From Candidatus Latescibacterota bacterium (GTDB taxonomy: Bacteria > Latescibacterota > UBA2968 > UBA8231), in NCBI GenBank assembly GCA_965243025.1, contig CBDETY010000003.1, positions 5,184,001 through 5,248,000 on the forward strand: DNA of 64,000 bases, in the 5' to 3' direction. This document shows, in pieces, positions 37,610 to 47,459 of the stretch; position 1 is the stretch's first letter; each line of letters starts with the position of its first letter. The notes below the pieces were generated by a model, which saw nothing but the letters and a program-made list of their open reading frames with translations, was not told where the DNA came from and did no database searches. The position numbers were made by a program, and so were the translations under genes.

Positions 37610-38854
37610 ATGAAACCGATTCAGGTGAACGAGGAGCTGCTGGCGGACAGCGGCTTCTTCGCCGACGCAGAACAGGTCGCCGAGCTGTCCAGGATCTTCA
37701 AGTTCGACAGCCGCCGCGTGATCCTGGGAGAGGGGGCGGTCTACCTCCTCGCCCGGGAATGCCGGCGCTTGCAGGCGAGCCGCCTGCTGCTGCTCCGGGA
37801 CGGCGCCGTGGAGCATCTGGAGGAACCGGTCCGCTGGATACTCGACCGGGAGGGGATCGAGCTCGCCGGCGTGTTCGACCGGGTTGTTCCGAATCCTACG
37901 GTGGCCAGCGTCGACGACTTCGCCGAAACCCTGCGCAACACCGATTGCGACGCCGTCGCGGCGCTGGGGGGCGGCAGCTCGCTCGACACCGCCAAGGTCG
38001 GCTCCTGCACCGCCACCTCGGGCGGCTCCTGCGCCGACTACTTCGGCTTCGACCTGTTCCCCGAGCCGTCGCGCTGGCCCCTGATCGCCATGCCGACCAC
38101 GGCCGGCACCGGGGCCGAGGCCAGCCGCGTCTCCGTCATCGTCGCCGAGGAAGGGAAGCAGGCGGTGTACAGCGACCACATCCAGCCCGCGGTCGCCATC
38201 GTCGATCCGCACTTCACCCGCGACCTGCCGCCGGTCCTCACCGCCATCACCGCCCTCGACGCAATCGGCCACGCCCTCGAGTGCACGGCGTCGCTGAAGA
38301 GCAACCCGGTCGGCGACGCGGTGGCCCGCGAGGCGATGAAGGCAGGGCTGCCGAACTTCACCGCCGCGGTCGAGAAGGGAAGCGCCGACCCCGGGGTCCG
38401 CTACCAGATGTCGCGCTGCAGCCTGCTCGCCGGCCTGCTGCTCAGCCCGATCAACACCGGGGCGGCCCACGCCCTCGGGTACGGCATCGAGAAGGTGTCC
38501 CACGCCAGGGGGAAACCGGTGCCGCACGGCACCGCTGTCGCCCTGGTTCTGCCCGCGGTGATGCGCCACAACGCCCCCGCGGCCGGGGACAAGTACTACT
38601 ACGCCGCCGGGGTGGCCGGGATCGACCTGTCGGCAAAAAGCAGGGAGGAGGCGGTCGACGCGGTGGCCGGCTGGATCGACGGGCTGCGGCGCAGGTACAC
38701 CCCCTACGGATCGCTGGCCGCGGCCGGGCTGGGAGAAGAGGACCTGCCGCGGATGGTAGAGGTCGGCATGGCGGTGCGCCGCCTGCTCGACCCCAATCCG
38801 GTCGAGGTGACCGAGAAAGACGCCGAGGCGATCTACCGGACCGTCCTGGAGTAG
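37610..38854 (+). CDS. Iron-containing alcohol dehydrogenase family
   Basis: PNP, ALGGGSSLDTAK, PTTAGTGAE, DAIGHALE, GAAHAL, VPHG; GGAGG RBS. Confidence 0.9.
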   Translation: MKPIQVNEELLADSGFFADAEQVAELSRIFKFDSRRVILGEGAVYLLARECRRLQASRLLLLRDGAVEHLEEPVRWILDREGIELAGVFDRVVPNPTVASVDDFAETLRNTDCDAVAALGGGSSLDTAKVGSCTATSGGSCADYFGFDLFPEPSRWPLIAMPTTAGTGAEASRVSVIVAEEGKQAVYSDHIQPAVAIVDPHFTRDLPPVLTAITALDAIGHALECTASLKSNPVGDAVAREAMKAGLPNFTAAVEKGSADPGVRYQMSRCSLLAGLLLSPINTGAAHALGYGIEKVSHARGKPVPHGTAVALVLPAVMRHNAPAAGDKYYYAAGVAGIDLSAKSREEAVDAVAGWIDGLRRRYTPYGSLAAAGLGEEDLPRMVEVGMAVRRLLDPNPVEVTEKDAEAIYRTVLE

Positions 38855-39142
38855 TGCCCCACGGGATTCCCCCCGGGGTCGCTGCCTGTCCGCGGCATGA
38901 ACCGGGCGGATCCGGTCAGTTTTGCGGGCCTCGGCCCCGCAGCGAGCGATTCCGTGGCCCGTGCCATCCCCCGGCCCGGAAGCGACCCGAATCCGGGGCA
39001 GTGGCCGCGATGGTGGACCGATTCCTGGCCGACCCCAGGTCCGGAACCTCGCAAATCCCCGCTGGGCGCAGGTGGCTGCCGAACCTCGAAAAAGCAACCT
39101 CCGGCCTGGCACTGAGCCAATCCCCCGTTGGGGTGATCGGGC

Positions 39143-40297
39143 TTACCAGTTTGTATAGGACCCGTCGCGCCGGTACAGGTGCGGCGCCTCCCAGAATTTC
39201 CACTCCTGCCCGGCGGCGAGCTCCTCGTTGAACTCCACGCCGAGCCCCGGTTCCTCCGGCAGCGCGAAGCCGGTGCCCTCGAGGCGGTGCTGCCTGGGGA
39301 ACAGGTCTTCCTCGAAAACGAACTCCCGCTCCCGCACTTCCAGCCAGGCGAAGTTCGGCACCGCCGCCCCGAAGTGGATGTGGGCGGCGGTGCTGACCGG
39401 CCCCAGGGGGTTGTGCGGCATCATGTCGATGTAGTGGGCTTCGCACCAGCCGGCGACCTTCATCGCCTCGGTCAGGCCGCCGACGTTGCAGACGTCGACG
39501 CGGGCGAAGTTCGTCAGCCCGCGCTCGACGTAGGGCAGGAACGCCCACTTGCTCGAGAACTCCTCGCCGATGGCGAACGGCACCGGGGTCATTCCCCGCA
39601 GGGCGGCGTAGGCTTCCGGGGACTCGTCGCGGATCGGCTCTTCGAGGAAATCGAGGGTTCCCGGCGGAATCATCTGGCAGAACGAGGCGGCCTCGGCGAC
39701 GCTGAGGCGGTGGTGGTAGTCGATGCCCAGCACCGGTCCCTTCCCGACCTCCTCGCGGACCGCGGTGATCCACTCGGCCGACAGGGCGATCGAGTGCCGC
39801 GGCTCGTACAGCAGCTCGTCCCCCGGGTCGGAGCTGTTTCCCCCGGCCGGGCCGAAGCGGATCACGTCCCAGCCCTCGGCGATCAGCTCGCGGGCCCCCT
39901 CGACCGCCTGCGGGCCGTCGAGGCCGAAGCTGGTCGGGAACCCGGGGATGCGGTCGCGGTGAGCTCCCCCGAGCAGCTGGTACACCGGGATCCCGAGGCT
40001 GCGGGCGACGACGTCGTGCAGGGCGATGTCGATGGCGGAGATCGCCCCGGTCAGGATGCGGCCCCCCTCGAAGTACTGGCCGCGGTAGAGCTCCTGCCAG
40101 AGGGCGCCGATACGCCTCGGGTCGCGCCCGAGCAGGAACTCGCGGAAATGGCGCAGGGCGCCGGCCACGGCCAGCTCGCGGCCGCTGACGCCGGACTCCC
40201 CCAGGCCGAACAGCCCGGTGTCGGTCTCGATGCTGACGATCATCTGGTTGCGGTTGCCGGCCCAGACCGGAAACCACCTGACCTCGGCGATTTTCAT
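39143..40297 (-). CDS. Mandelate racemase/enolase superfamily sugar-acid dehydratase (galactonate dehydratase-like)
   Basis: SAIDIALHD, IDYHHR, FLEEP, AIGEE, MPHNPLGP, PGLGVE, C-terminal DGSYTNW. Confidence 0.88.
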   Translation of the reverse strand: MKIAEVRWFPVWAGNRNQMIVSIETDTGLFGLGESGVSGRELAVAGALRHFREFLLGRDPRRIGALWQELYRGQYFEGGRILTGAISAIDIALHDVVARSLGIPVYQLLGGAHRDRIPGFPTSFGLDGPQAVEGARELIAEGWDVIRFGPAGGNSSDPGDELLYEPRHSIALSAEWITAVREEVGKGPVLGIDYHHRLSVAEAASFCQMIPPGTLDFLEEPIRDESPEAYAALRGMTPVPFAIGEEFSSKWAFLPYVERGLTNFARVDVCNVGGLTEAMKVAGWCEAHYIDMMPHNPLGPVSTAAHIHFGAAVPNFAWLEVREREFVFEEDLFPRQHRLEGTGFALPEEPGLGVEFNEELAAGQEWKFWEAPHLYRRDGSYTNW

Positions 40298-40947
40298 TCG
40301 GTGCCTCCCACCCAGTTGACGGCGTTGTCGATCAGGCGCAGGAAATCGAGCTCCCAGAAGTCCTTCTGGTGCCCCAGCGAAGTGTAGAAGATGCGGCCGC
40401 CGCGGTGCCTTCTCGTCCAGGCGACCGGCTCGAAATGCTCAGAGGTGCGGCCGGTGAGAAGCAGCTCGGCGTCGTCGGCGATCGGCGTGTTCCGGTACAG
40501 GCTACCCCGGGACTCGAACGGCTCGACCCCCTTCAGGACCGGGTGGCCGGCCGCATGGTCCGCGATCTCGATGCGGGCGGTTACCCCGCTGCCGTAGTGG
40601 CCGTCGTAGCTGCCGCCGAGCACTTCGCGGTCGAACGCCAGCCAGTTCTGGCAGGCGTGGCTGGCGGTGCGCACTCCCACGATCGGTTTGCCCGCCGCAC
40701 AGTACTGCCTGAAACGCTCGAGCTCCGGGCCGGTGGTGTTCAGACGGCGGGTGAACACCAGCAGGACGTCGGTATCCTCCTCGAGAAGCTGCAGCGAAGG
40801 GTCGTCGTCCTCGCTGCGGTAGGCGATCAGGGTCGAGTCGATCCCCGGGGAGTGGTGCCGCAGGTAGTCGCGCAGCACGGTCAGCGAATCCTCCGAGTCG
40901 TACTCGAAGGAACCGGACAGCATGGTCAAACGCAGGGGCTCGTTCAT
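40294..40947 (-). CDS. ThuA-like (trehalose utilisation/GATase1-like) domain protein
   Basis: 'GKPIVGVRTASHA', 'EPVAWTR...GRIFYTSLGH'. Confidence 0.85.
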   Translation of the reverse strand: MNEPLRLTMLSGSFEYDSEDSLTVLRDYLRHHSPGIDSTLIAYRSEDDDPSLQLLEEDTDVLLVFTRRLNTTGPELERFRQYCAAGKPIVGVRTASHACQNWLAFDREVLGGSYDGHYGSGVTARIEIADHAAGHPVLKGVEPFESRGSLYRNTPIADDAELLLTGRTSEHFEPVAWTRRHRGGRIFYTSLGHQKDFWELDFLRLIDNAVNWVGGTE

Positions 40948-40951
40948 CCGT

Positions 40952-41914
40952 TCACCGGGTTTCAACCGGAACAGAGGTGTGTTCCGTCAGCGGCGTTGCC
41001 CTGATCGGGTGGGAACCGAGGGGCACCTTGTCGAGGATTTCGCTCCAGCGCCGGCACCAGTCTCCGTAGTCGGTGTACTTCGATTCGGGCCGCGAGCGGC
41101 TGCGGGTGACGAAGTGGGGGTAGAGCTCGCGCCCGGTCGGGGTTCCGGTTTTCTGGTAGCGCAGGTCCATGCTCCAGCGGATGCCGTCGGTGAGGTTCGG
41201 GGTCGAGCGGTGGGGGATCAGCTTGTGCAGGAGAAGGACGCTGCCCCTGCGCATCGGCAGGGTGACGGCCTCGCGGTTTTCGAGGTCCTCGTCGTCGATC
41301 CCCCAACCCGGACGCTTCCACCACAGCACCGTCCTTTCCCTGTGGACTCCCGGAACGATCTGCAGGCAGCCGTTCTCCGGGGTGGCGTCGACCAGGGGAA
41401 TCCAGACGGTGAGGATGAAGGTCGAGTCGGCGATTTCCTGGTGCACCTGGGCGTCCTGGTGCCACGGGGCGACGTTGCTGCTCACCATGTTCCTGCGCTT
41501 CTCCGCTTCGGGGTCGCCGTCGTCCGTGTCCGGCACGAAGGACTGCGGCAGCTTGGCGCGGGTATGCTGGATGGGGCTGCAGATGATTTCCGGCCCGACT
41601 ATCGGTTCGACGGCGTCCATCAGGCGCTCGTTGCCGAGGAACTCGAACACCCCGCGGCCGCGAAAAGCCGGGATGTCGATGTCGTCGTAGATCTCGGTAT
41701 TCTCCTCGCAGATGCGCGCCAGGCGGCGTTCGAACGGCTCTTCCTCCCAGGTCCTCGACAGCTTGCCGGCGGCGTGCAGCTCGCGGGCGCGGCGGTCGAT
41801 GTGGCCGGCGTAGTCGCCGATCACCGGGTCGAGGTCGCCGTCGGTGAGGACGTCCTCTGCGATCGCGTACCCGTGCTCGTCGAAATGGGCCAGTTGCCCG
41901 TCGCTCAGTTTCAT
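40952..41914 (-). CDS. PhyH family dioxygenase
   Basis: APWHQD, TVWIPLVDATPENGCL, 'IPHRSTPN..DGIRWSMDLRYQ'; GAGGAG RBS. Confidence 0.9.
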   Translation of the reverse strand: MKLSDGQLAHFDEHGYAIAEDVLTDGDLDPVIGDYAGHIDRRARELHAAGKLSRTWEEEPFERRLARICEENTEIYDDIDIPAFRGRGVFEFLGNERLMDAVEPIVGPEIICSPIQHTRAKLPQSFVPDTDDGDPEAEKRRNMVSSNVAPWHQDAQVHQEIADSTFILTVWIPLVDATPENGCLQIVPGVHRERTVLWWKRPGWGIDDEDLENREAVTLPMRRGSVLLLHKLIPHRSTPNLTDGIRWSMDLRYQKTGTPTGRELYPHFVTRSRSRPESKYTDYGDWCRRWSEILDKVPLGSHPIRATPLTEHTSVPVETR

Positions 41915-42029
41915 CTTTACTCCTCGGTTTCCGTGCCGAAGCGAAACAGGAAAATAACAGGTTCCGGCAACCGGTGCGGGGCGTCCGCCCGGGTCCGGCA
42001 ACGCCCTCCAGGCAGGAATAACCGAAGGA

Positions 42030-42911
42030 TCACGGGCTTCCCGTGTTTCCGGCCCCGGAGCTTCCCATCCCCCGGCGAGGACCGCTGCTTCCGCCGCCCT
42101 GCCCTTTCGCCGCCGCGCCCCGGTACTCGAACCTCGGCTTGGCCCCCGGGGCCTCGACGATCCTGAAGTCGCGAGGCGATTCCTCCCAGGCGGACTGGCA
42201 CTCGAACCCGAGCAGCCGCCGCAGCAGCGGCGTGGCCGCGGCGACGACCTCGGGCGGGGTCGAGCGCGTGTGGTCGCAGAACGGCTTGATCGTGCTGCGG
42301 CAGCAGAAGCCCTGGATGGCGTAGCGGACCTCCCCCGTCCTGTTGGGACCTCCTCCGTGCAGCAGGCGGGCGTCGAAGACCAGCATCGTTCCCGGCCGGC
42401 AGACGAACATCCGCTCCTCTTCGGGGGGCACCGATTCCGGGTCGATATCCCTGTTGTGAGAGCCGGGCACGAACCGCGTGGCCCCGTTCCCGGGGGTGAA
42501 CTCCGACAGGGCGATCATGGACTGCGCCATGGTGGGAAGCAGGGCGTGGACGTTGAAGGGGGGGTTGGGCACGAAGGGACCGCCGTCCCGGTGCAGGCCC
42601 TGCGCCTCCATTGCCGGCAGCGGCGAGCGCGCCCCCATGTCGGAGAGGATGTAGTCGGAGCCGAGGAGGTACTCCATGCAGGCGACCAGCCGGGGCAGCT
42701 GGATGATCTCGCGGAACACCTCGGCGCGGGCGGTCAGGTTGTGGGTGCGCCCGGCGCCCGGCTCGTGTTCCCCGGAGCGCTCCTCTTCATAGCTGGCCCG
42801 CAGCGCCGCGACAGCCTCGTCGATCTGGCGCTGGTCGAGCATCCCCTCGAGGATGGTGAAGCCCTGCTCGTCGAGCTCGAGGAAGTGCGCTTCCATGCCC
42901 GAACCGGTCAT
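42030..42911 (-). CDS. PhyH family dioxygenase
   Basis: QGLHRD, NGATRFVPGSH, 'LLHGGGPN'; start moved to ATG 42911. Confidence 0.88.
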   Translation of the reverse strand: MTGSGMEAHFLELDEQGFTILEGMLDQRQIDEAVAALRASYEEERSGEHEPGAGRTHNLTARAEVFREIIQLPRLVACMEYLLGSDYILSDMGARSPLPAMEAQGLHRDGGPFVPNPPFNVHALLPTMAQSMIALSEFTPGNGATRFVPGSHNRDIDPESVPPEEERMFVCRPGTMLVFDARLLHGGGPNRTGEVRYAIQGFCCRSTIKPFCDHTRSTPPEVVAAATPLLRRLLGFECQSAWEESPRDFRIVEAPGAKPRFEYRGAAAKGQGGGSSGPRRGMGSSGAGNTGSP

Positions 42912-43281
42912 TTTCCGCTCCGCTGATTCAAATCGATTGCGATCCGATACCATGGTGATTTTCGACGGTGATTTTCGACGCCGCGGTCTGCGCAACGCGG
43001 CGAGCCGGGATGAAGCGGTGTCCGGATTGACCCGAAATCGCGCATGCAGGCACCGGACCGGCCGCTCCCTTTTCCGGACCTTCAGCAGCTCGTCGACGGA
43101 TGCGGTCGAGAGCCGATGCTGCCCTCCTCCGGGCAAGGCGATTTCGACACCCTTCGTTTCCGGCGGCACGGTGAAAACATGCCAACAATTCTCGCAAAAG
43201 CCACTGCCAGGGTTTATATCTGTGCGCGGGTAGAGCCGTTCCACCGAAACCCCGGAACGGAAGCACGCCCTCCCACCACCC

Positions 43282-45321
43282 ATGTCCTCCGACCAATCGC
43301 AAGCGGACAGCCGGCCCCCGTTTCCCAGGCGCATGGCCCCGGCCGTGGACTACATGGAGCCGAAGGGGACGGAAACTCCGTCCGCGGAACCGGGCGAACC
43401 GGTCTCCGCCCTGGCGTTCCTGCTGGGAGCCGCGCTCTGCCTGCTGATCGGGGTCGGAACGGTATACGGCAACGCCATCGTCAAGGGCACGTTCATGGCC
43501 TGGTGCTTCAGCAACCCGGTGGCGCTCTTCCTGTTCTTCTACCTCGTGCTGGGCAACCTCCTGATCGGCGCCCTGGCGCGCGGTTTCTCCCTGCGGCGGG
43601 GGGAGCTGGTGCTGATCTACGCCATGATGATGATGTCGGCGTCGATCCCCACCTTCGGGGTGGTCGAGCACCTGCTGCCGATGATCACCGGGGTGTTCTA
43701 CTACGCCACCCCGGAAAACAACTGGGCGGAGCTGGTTCAGCCCCACGTACCCTCCTGGATCGCCCCCCGGGAGGAGAACCTGGTCCTCGGTTTCTACGAG
43801 GGGCTGCCGCCAGGGGCGCCGATTCCCTGGGAGGGATGGCTGGAGCCGCTCGCCTGGTGGTCGGTCTTCCTGATGGCCCTCTGGCTCGTGTCGATAAGTC
43901 TCATGGTGATCCTGCGCCGGCCCTGGATCGAGGGAGAGCGGCTCCTGTATCCGATGATGCAGGTGCCGATCGAAATGGTCGACGGGGGGACCGGGGCCCG
44001 GGGGTTCGCGGGCCGCATCTTCCGGCAGCCGCAGACGTGGATCGGCTTCGCCGTGCCGGCCCTGGTGGGAACGGTCAACGGTTTGAGCAGCTATCACCCG
44101 GGGCTCCCGTCCTTCCACTGGCGGTCGCAAATGACGCTGTTCGACGGCACCATAGAAATCCCCTTCATGTTCTCCTTCTCCCTGATCGGCTTCTCTTTCT
44201 TCATCAACCGAAACCTCGCCTTCGGCATCTGGGTTTTCTACCTGCTGACCCAGTTCGAGCAGGGGATCTTCAACACCTTCGGCGTGCGCAGCACCGAGCG
44301 GCTGGGCTGGTACAGCAACCCCAACTCCCCCTACCTGACCCACCAGGCATTCGGGGCGATGATGGTGTTCGCCCTCTACACCCTGTGGAAGGCCCGCAGC
44401 CACCTGGCGGCGGTGGCGCGGCGGGCCGCCGGCCTGGGAAGGGCCGACGACGGGGAGGAGATCATGTCGTACCGGGCGGCGGCCCTCACCCTGGTGCTCG
44501 GTCTGGCGGTGATGGTGGCGTGGCTCGAGGCGGCCGGGATTCCGCTTCCGGCCTCGCTCCTTCTCGCAGCGGTCGCGCTGCTGATCTTCCTCGCCCTTTC
44601 CCGCATCGTCGTCGAGGCCGGGGTTGCCCTGGCGCGGGCCCCGTTCATAGCCCCGGATTTCGTGATGGCGACCATGGGGCCCTCCTTCCTCGGACGCGGC
44701 GGACTTACCGGCCTGGCCTACTGCTACCCGTGGACGGCGGACATCGTCACCTTCCCGATGGCCTCGTGCGCCAACAATCTCAAGATGATCCACGAGATCG
44801 TGCGGGGGAGGAAGAGGGCCTTCTTCTGGGGGATGGTGCTGGCCCTCGCCGTGACTCTCGCCGGGGCCTGCTGGGTCATCCTCTACCTGTCGTACCGCCA
44901 CGGGGGGATCAACCTCGACAACTGGTTCTGGCTCAGCTCCTCGGACACCCCCCTCAACCACATCGTCCTGATGATGAAACAGCCCTCCACCACCGGCCTG
45001 GGGGGCTGGCTGTTCACGGGGTTCGGAGCCGCCCTGATGGGAGTGCTGGTCGCGGTCCATCAGCGCGTGATGTGGTGGCCGCTCCACCCTCTCGGGCTGG
45101 TCATGACCGGGACGATCTTCACCTCGGGGGTGATGTGGTTCAATGTCTTCCTGGCCTGGGCGGTGAAGGGGGTGGTGCTCAAGTGCGGGGGCGGCGAGCT
45201 CTACCGCAAGGCGCGGTTTTTTTTCGCCGGAATGATTCTCGGCGCCTTCGTCGTGTCCGGCACCTGGCTGGTCGTCGATGCGGTCACTGGCAAGCAGGGG
45301 AATTTCGTGCTCGTCTGGTGA
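43282..45321 (+). CDS. Polytopic inner-membrane protein (DUF6785/DUF6784-like, OPT-like putative transporter), paralog 1
   Basis: Many hydrophobic segments; 'W...ERLLYP', 'SRIVVEAG', 'WWPLHPLG', 'GMILG'. Confidence 0.75.
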   Translation: MSSDQSQADSRPPFPRRMAPAVDYMEPKGTETPSAEPGEPVSALAFLLGAALCLLIGVGTVYGNAIVKGTFMAWCFSNPVALFLFFYLVLGNLLIGALARGFSLRRGELVLIYAMMMMSASIPTFGVVEHLLPMITGVFYYATPENNWAELVQPHVPSWIAPREENLVLGFYEGLPPGAPIPWEGWLEPLAWWSVFLMALWLVSISLMVILRRPWIEGERLLYPMMQVPIEMVDGGTGARGFAGRIFRQPQTWIGFAVPALVGTVNGLSSYHPGLPSFHWRSQMTLFDGTIEIPFMFSFSLIGFSFFINRNLAFGIWVFYLLTQFEQGIFNTFGVRSTERLGWYSNPNSPYLTHQAFGAMMVFALYTLWKARSHLAAVARRAAGLGRADDGEEIMSYRAAALTLVLGLAVMVAWLEAAGIPLPASLLLAAVALLIFLALSRIVVEAGVALARAPFIAPDFVMATMGPSFLGRGGLTGLAYCYPWTADIVTFPMASCANNLKMIHEIVRGRKRAFFWGMVLALAVTLAGACWVILYLSYRHGGINLDNWFWLSSSDTPLNHIVLMMKQPSTTGLGGWLFTGFGAALMGVLVAVHQRVMWWPLHPLGLVMTGTIFTSGVMWFNVFLAWAVKGVVLKCGGGELYRKARFFFAGMILGAFVVSGTWLVVDAVTGKQGNFVLVW

Positions 45322-45441
45322 CCTGAAGTTCGCTGCTTTTCAGTCCGGCCGCAGGCCGGGCCGTTATACGAGAGCCTCCAGCGCAAACCCGACGGGGGTC
45401 CGCACTGATCCCGTGCCGGCGCCGCATCCCTGCGGTGCAGG

Positions 45442-47376
45442 TCACTGCCAGCCGAGGACGAAGTTGTTGGTCATGCCGGTGAAGTAGTCGATCACGAGCC
45501 AGGTTCCCGAGACCACGAAAGCCCCCAGGATCATGCCGAGGAAGAACGAGCGCAGGCTTTTGTAGGCGGCGCTGCCGCCGTACCTCAGCACCCAGCCCTT
45601 TATCAGCCAGGCGAGAAACACGTTGAACCACATGACTCCGGAGGTGAACACCGTTCCTCCCATGGCGAGACCGAGGGGATGCAGGGGCCAGGAGACGAAG
45701 CGCAGCTGGCAGATCATCAGAATCCACATCATGCCGGCGCCGAAGAAGGTGAACATCCAGCCCCAGAAGTCGGTGGTCGCCTGGCTGTTCAGCATCTGCG
45801 CGAGGTAGGTGAGCGGGAATTCCGACGAGGCCCGCCACCACCAGTCGTGAAGGTTGATGCCGCCGTACGAGTACGACAGGTAGATGACGATCCAGAACGA
45901 GGAGAGCAGGGTCACCAGTATTCCCCCCATCATCGCCCAGAAGAAGGGCCGGCGCTGCGGTCCGGCCACCGTCTCCTCGATCAGCTTGAGGTTGTTGGCG
46001 CAGGAGGCCATCGGGAAGGTGACGATGTCGGCGGTCCAGGGATAGCAGTAGGCCAGGCCGGTCAGGCCGGATCCCCCGAGCCGCGACACCCCCATGCTGG
46101 CCATGATGAAGTCCGGGGCGATCAGGGGGGCCCGCACCAGGGCGACGCCGGCCTCTACGACGATGCGGCTGAGGGCGATGAAGAGGAGAAAGGCGACGGC
46201 GAGAAAGAGCGGCACGACCCACAGGGGGATGCCGGCGGCGTTGAGCCACACCGTCATCACCGCAAGGCCGCCGACGATGCCGAACACGGCGCCGCGGTAG
46301 GAGACGATCTCGCTGCTGTCGTCGATGCCGGGGTCGCCGGTGAACGCCTTGCGCACCACCTGCCGCAGGTGGTTGCGCGCCTTCCACAGGGTGAACAGCG
46401 CGAACATCAGCATGGCCCCCAGAGCCTGGTGGGTCAGGTAGGGTGCCTGCGGATTGGAGAACCAGCCGAGCTTCTCGGTGCTGGCGATGCCGAGGGTGTT
46501 GAAGGCGCCGCGCTCGAGGATCGTCAGGAGATAGAAGACCCAGATGCCGAGCCCGAGCGGCTGGCTGATGAAGTAGGAGAATCCCAGCAGCGAGAAGGAG
46601 ACCTGCATCGGCACGCTCACCCCGAGAATCGTGAACCCCGTGCTCAGGCCGATGCCCCGGAAATAGGGGGAGTAGTGGCTGAGGCCGTTGATCGAACCGA
46701 TGACCACCGGCAGGGCGAAGCCGATCCAGAACAGCGACCGTTTCAGCAGCGGCGGGACCGCCGACATGGGCCCGCTTTCCGGCCCCGAGGCGACCAGCTC
46801 GATGGGCGCCTGCATCATCGGGTAGAGCAGGCGCTCCCCCTGGATCCACTGCTTGCGAAGCACCACCATAAGGCAGATGGAGACCAGGTGCAGGGACAGC
46901 AGGAACAGCAGCCATGCCGACAGCGACTCCATCCAACCCCCCCAGGGGATCGACTCCCCCTGGGGCAGCCCCTCGTAGAACCCGAAGATCAGGCTCTCCT
47001 CGCTGGGGGCGATCCATCCGGGCACCAGCGGCTGGATGAGGTCGACCCAGCCGTTCTCCGGGGTCGCGTAGTAGTAGACGCCGGTGATCATCGGCAGCAG
47101 GTGCTCGACGAGGCCGAAGGTCGGCAGCGAGGCCGACACGAACATCATCGCGAAGATGAGGACGAGCTCCTCGCGGCGCAGGGAGAGGCGGCGGGCGGCC
47201 AGGCCGACGAGGATGTTGCCGAGGACGAGGTAGAAGAAGAAGAAGAGGGCGATCGGGTTGCTGAAGCACCAGGCGACGAAACTGCCGCGGATGATGGTGT
47301 TGGCGTAGATGGCGCTGGTGCCGATGGTCGCGCACAGCGCCGCCCCGATCAGGAACGCCCGGAATCTGAGGATCAC
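45442..47376 (-). CDS. Polytopic inner-membrane protein (DUF6785/DUF6784-like), paralog 2
   Basis: Shares identical blocks with 43282..45321 (WCFSNP.ALF, EHLLPMITGV.YYATPEN, GLAYCYPWTADIVTFPMASCANNLK). Confidence 0.75.
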   Translation of the reverse strand: MILRFRAFLIGAALCATIGTSAIYANTIIRGSFVAWCFSNPIALFFFFYLVLGNILVGLAARRLSLRREELVLIFAMMFVSASLPTFGLVEHLLPMITGVYYYATPENGWVDLIQPLVPGWIAPSEESLIFGFYEGLPQGESIPWGGWMESLSAWLLFLLSLHLVSICLMVVLRKQWIQGERLLYPMMQAPIELVASGPESGPMSAVPPLLKRSLFWIGFALPVVIGSINGLSHYSPYFRGIGLSTGFTILGVSVPMQVSFSLLGFSYFISQPLGLGIWVFYLLTILERGAFNTLGIASTEKLGWFSNPQAPYLTHQALGAMLMFALFTLWKARNHLRQVVRKAFTGDPGIDDSSEIVSYRGAVFGIVGGLAVMTVWLNAAGIPLWVVPLFLAVAFLLFIALSRIVVEAGVALVRAPLIAPDFIMASMGVSRLGGSGLTGLAYCYPWTADIVTFPMASCANNLKLIEETVAGPQRRPFFWAMMGGILVTLLSSFWIVIYLSYSYGGINLHDWWWRASSEFPLTYLAQMLNSQATTDFWGWMFTFFGAGMMWILMICQLRFVSWPLHPLGLAMGGTVFTSGVMWFNVFLAWLIKGWVLRYGGSAAYKSLRSFFLGMILGAFVVSGTWLVIDYFTGMTNNFVLGWQ

Positions 47377-47459
47377 GCCGGGGACCGCTGCTCCCGGTCA
47401 GGTGAGAGGAAGCCCCGGGCGCCGTGCACCTCGAGGCGGGGAGGGATGCGCACGGGGGT

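Noticed and set aside
38950-39110. Possible decayed GH4 C-terminus ('AMVDRFL...RRWLPNLEK' resembling melA 'DMVKEMF...RRWLPQFDK')
   Set aside because: Similarity is short and gapped and cannot be distinguished from chance by eye.
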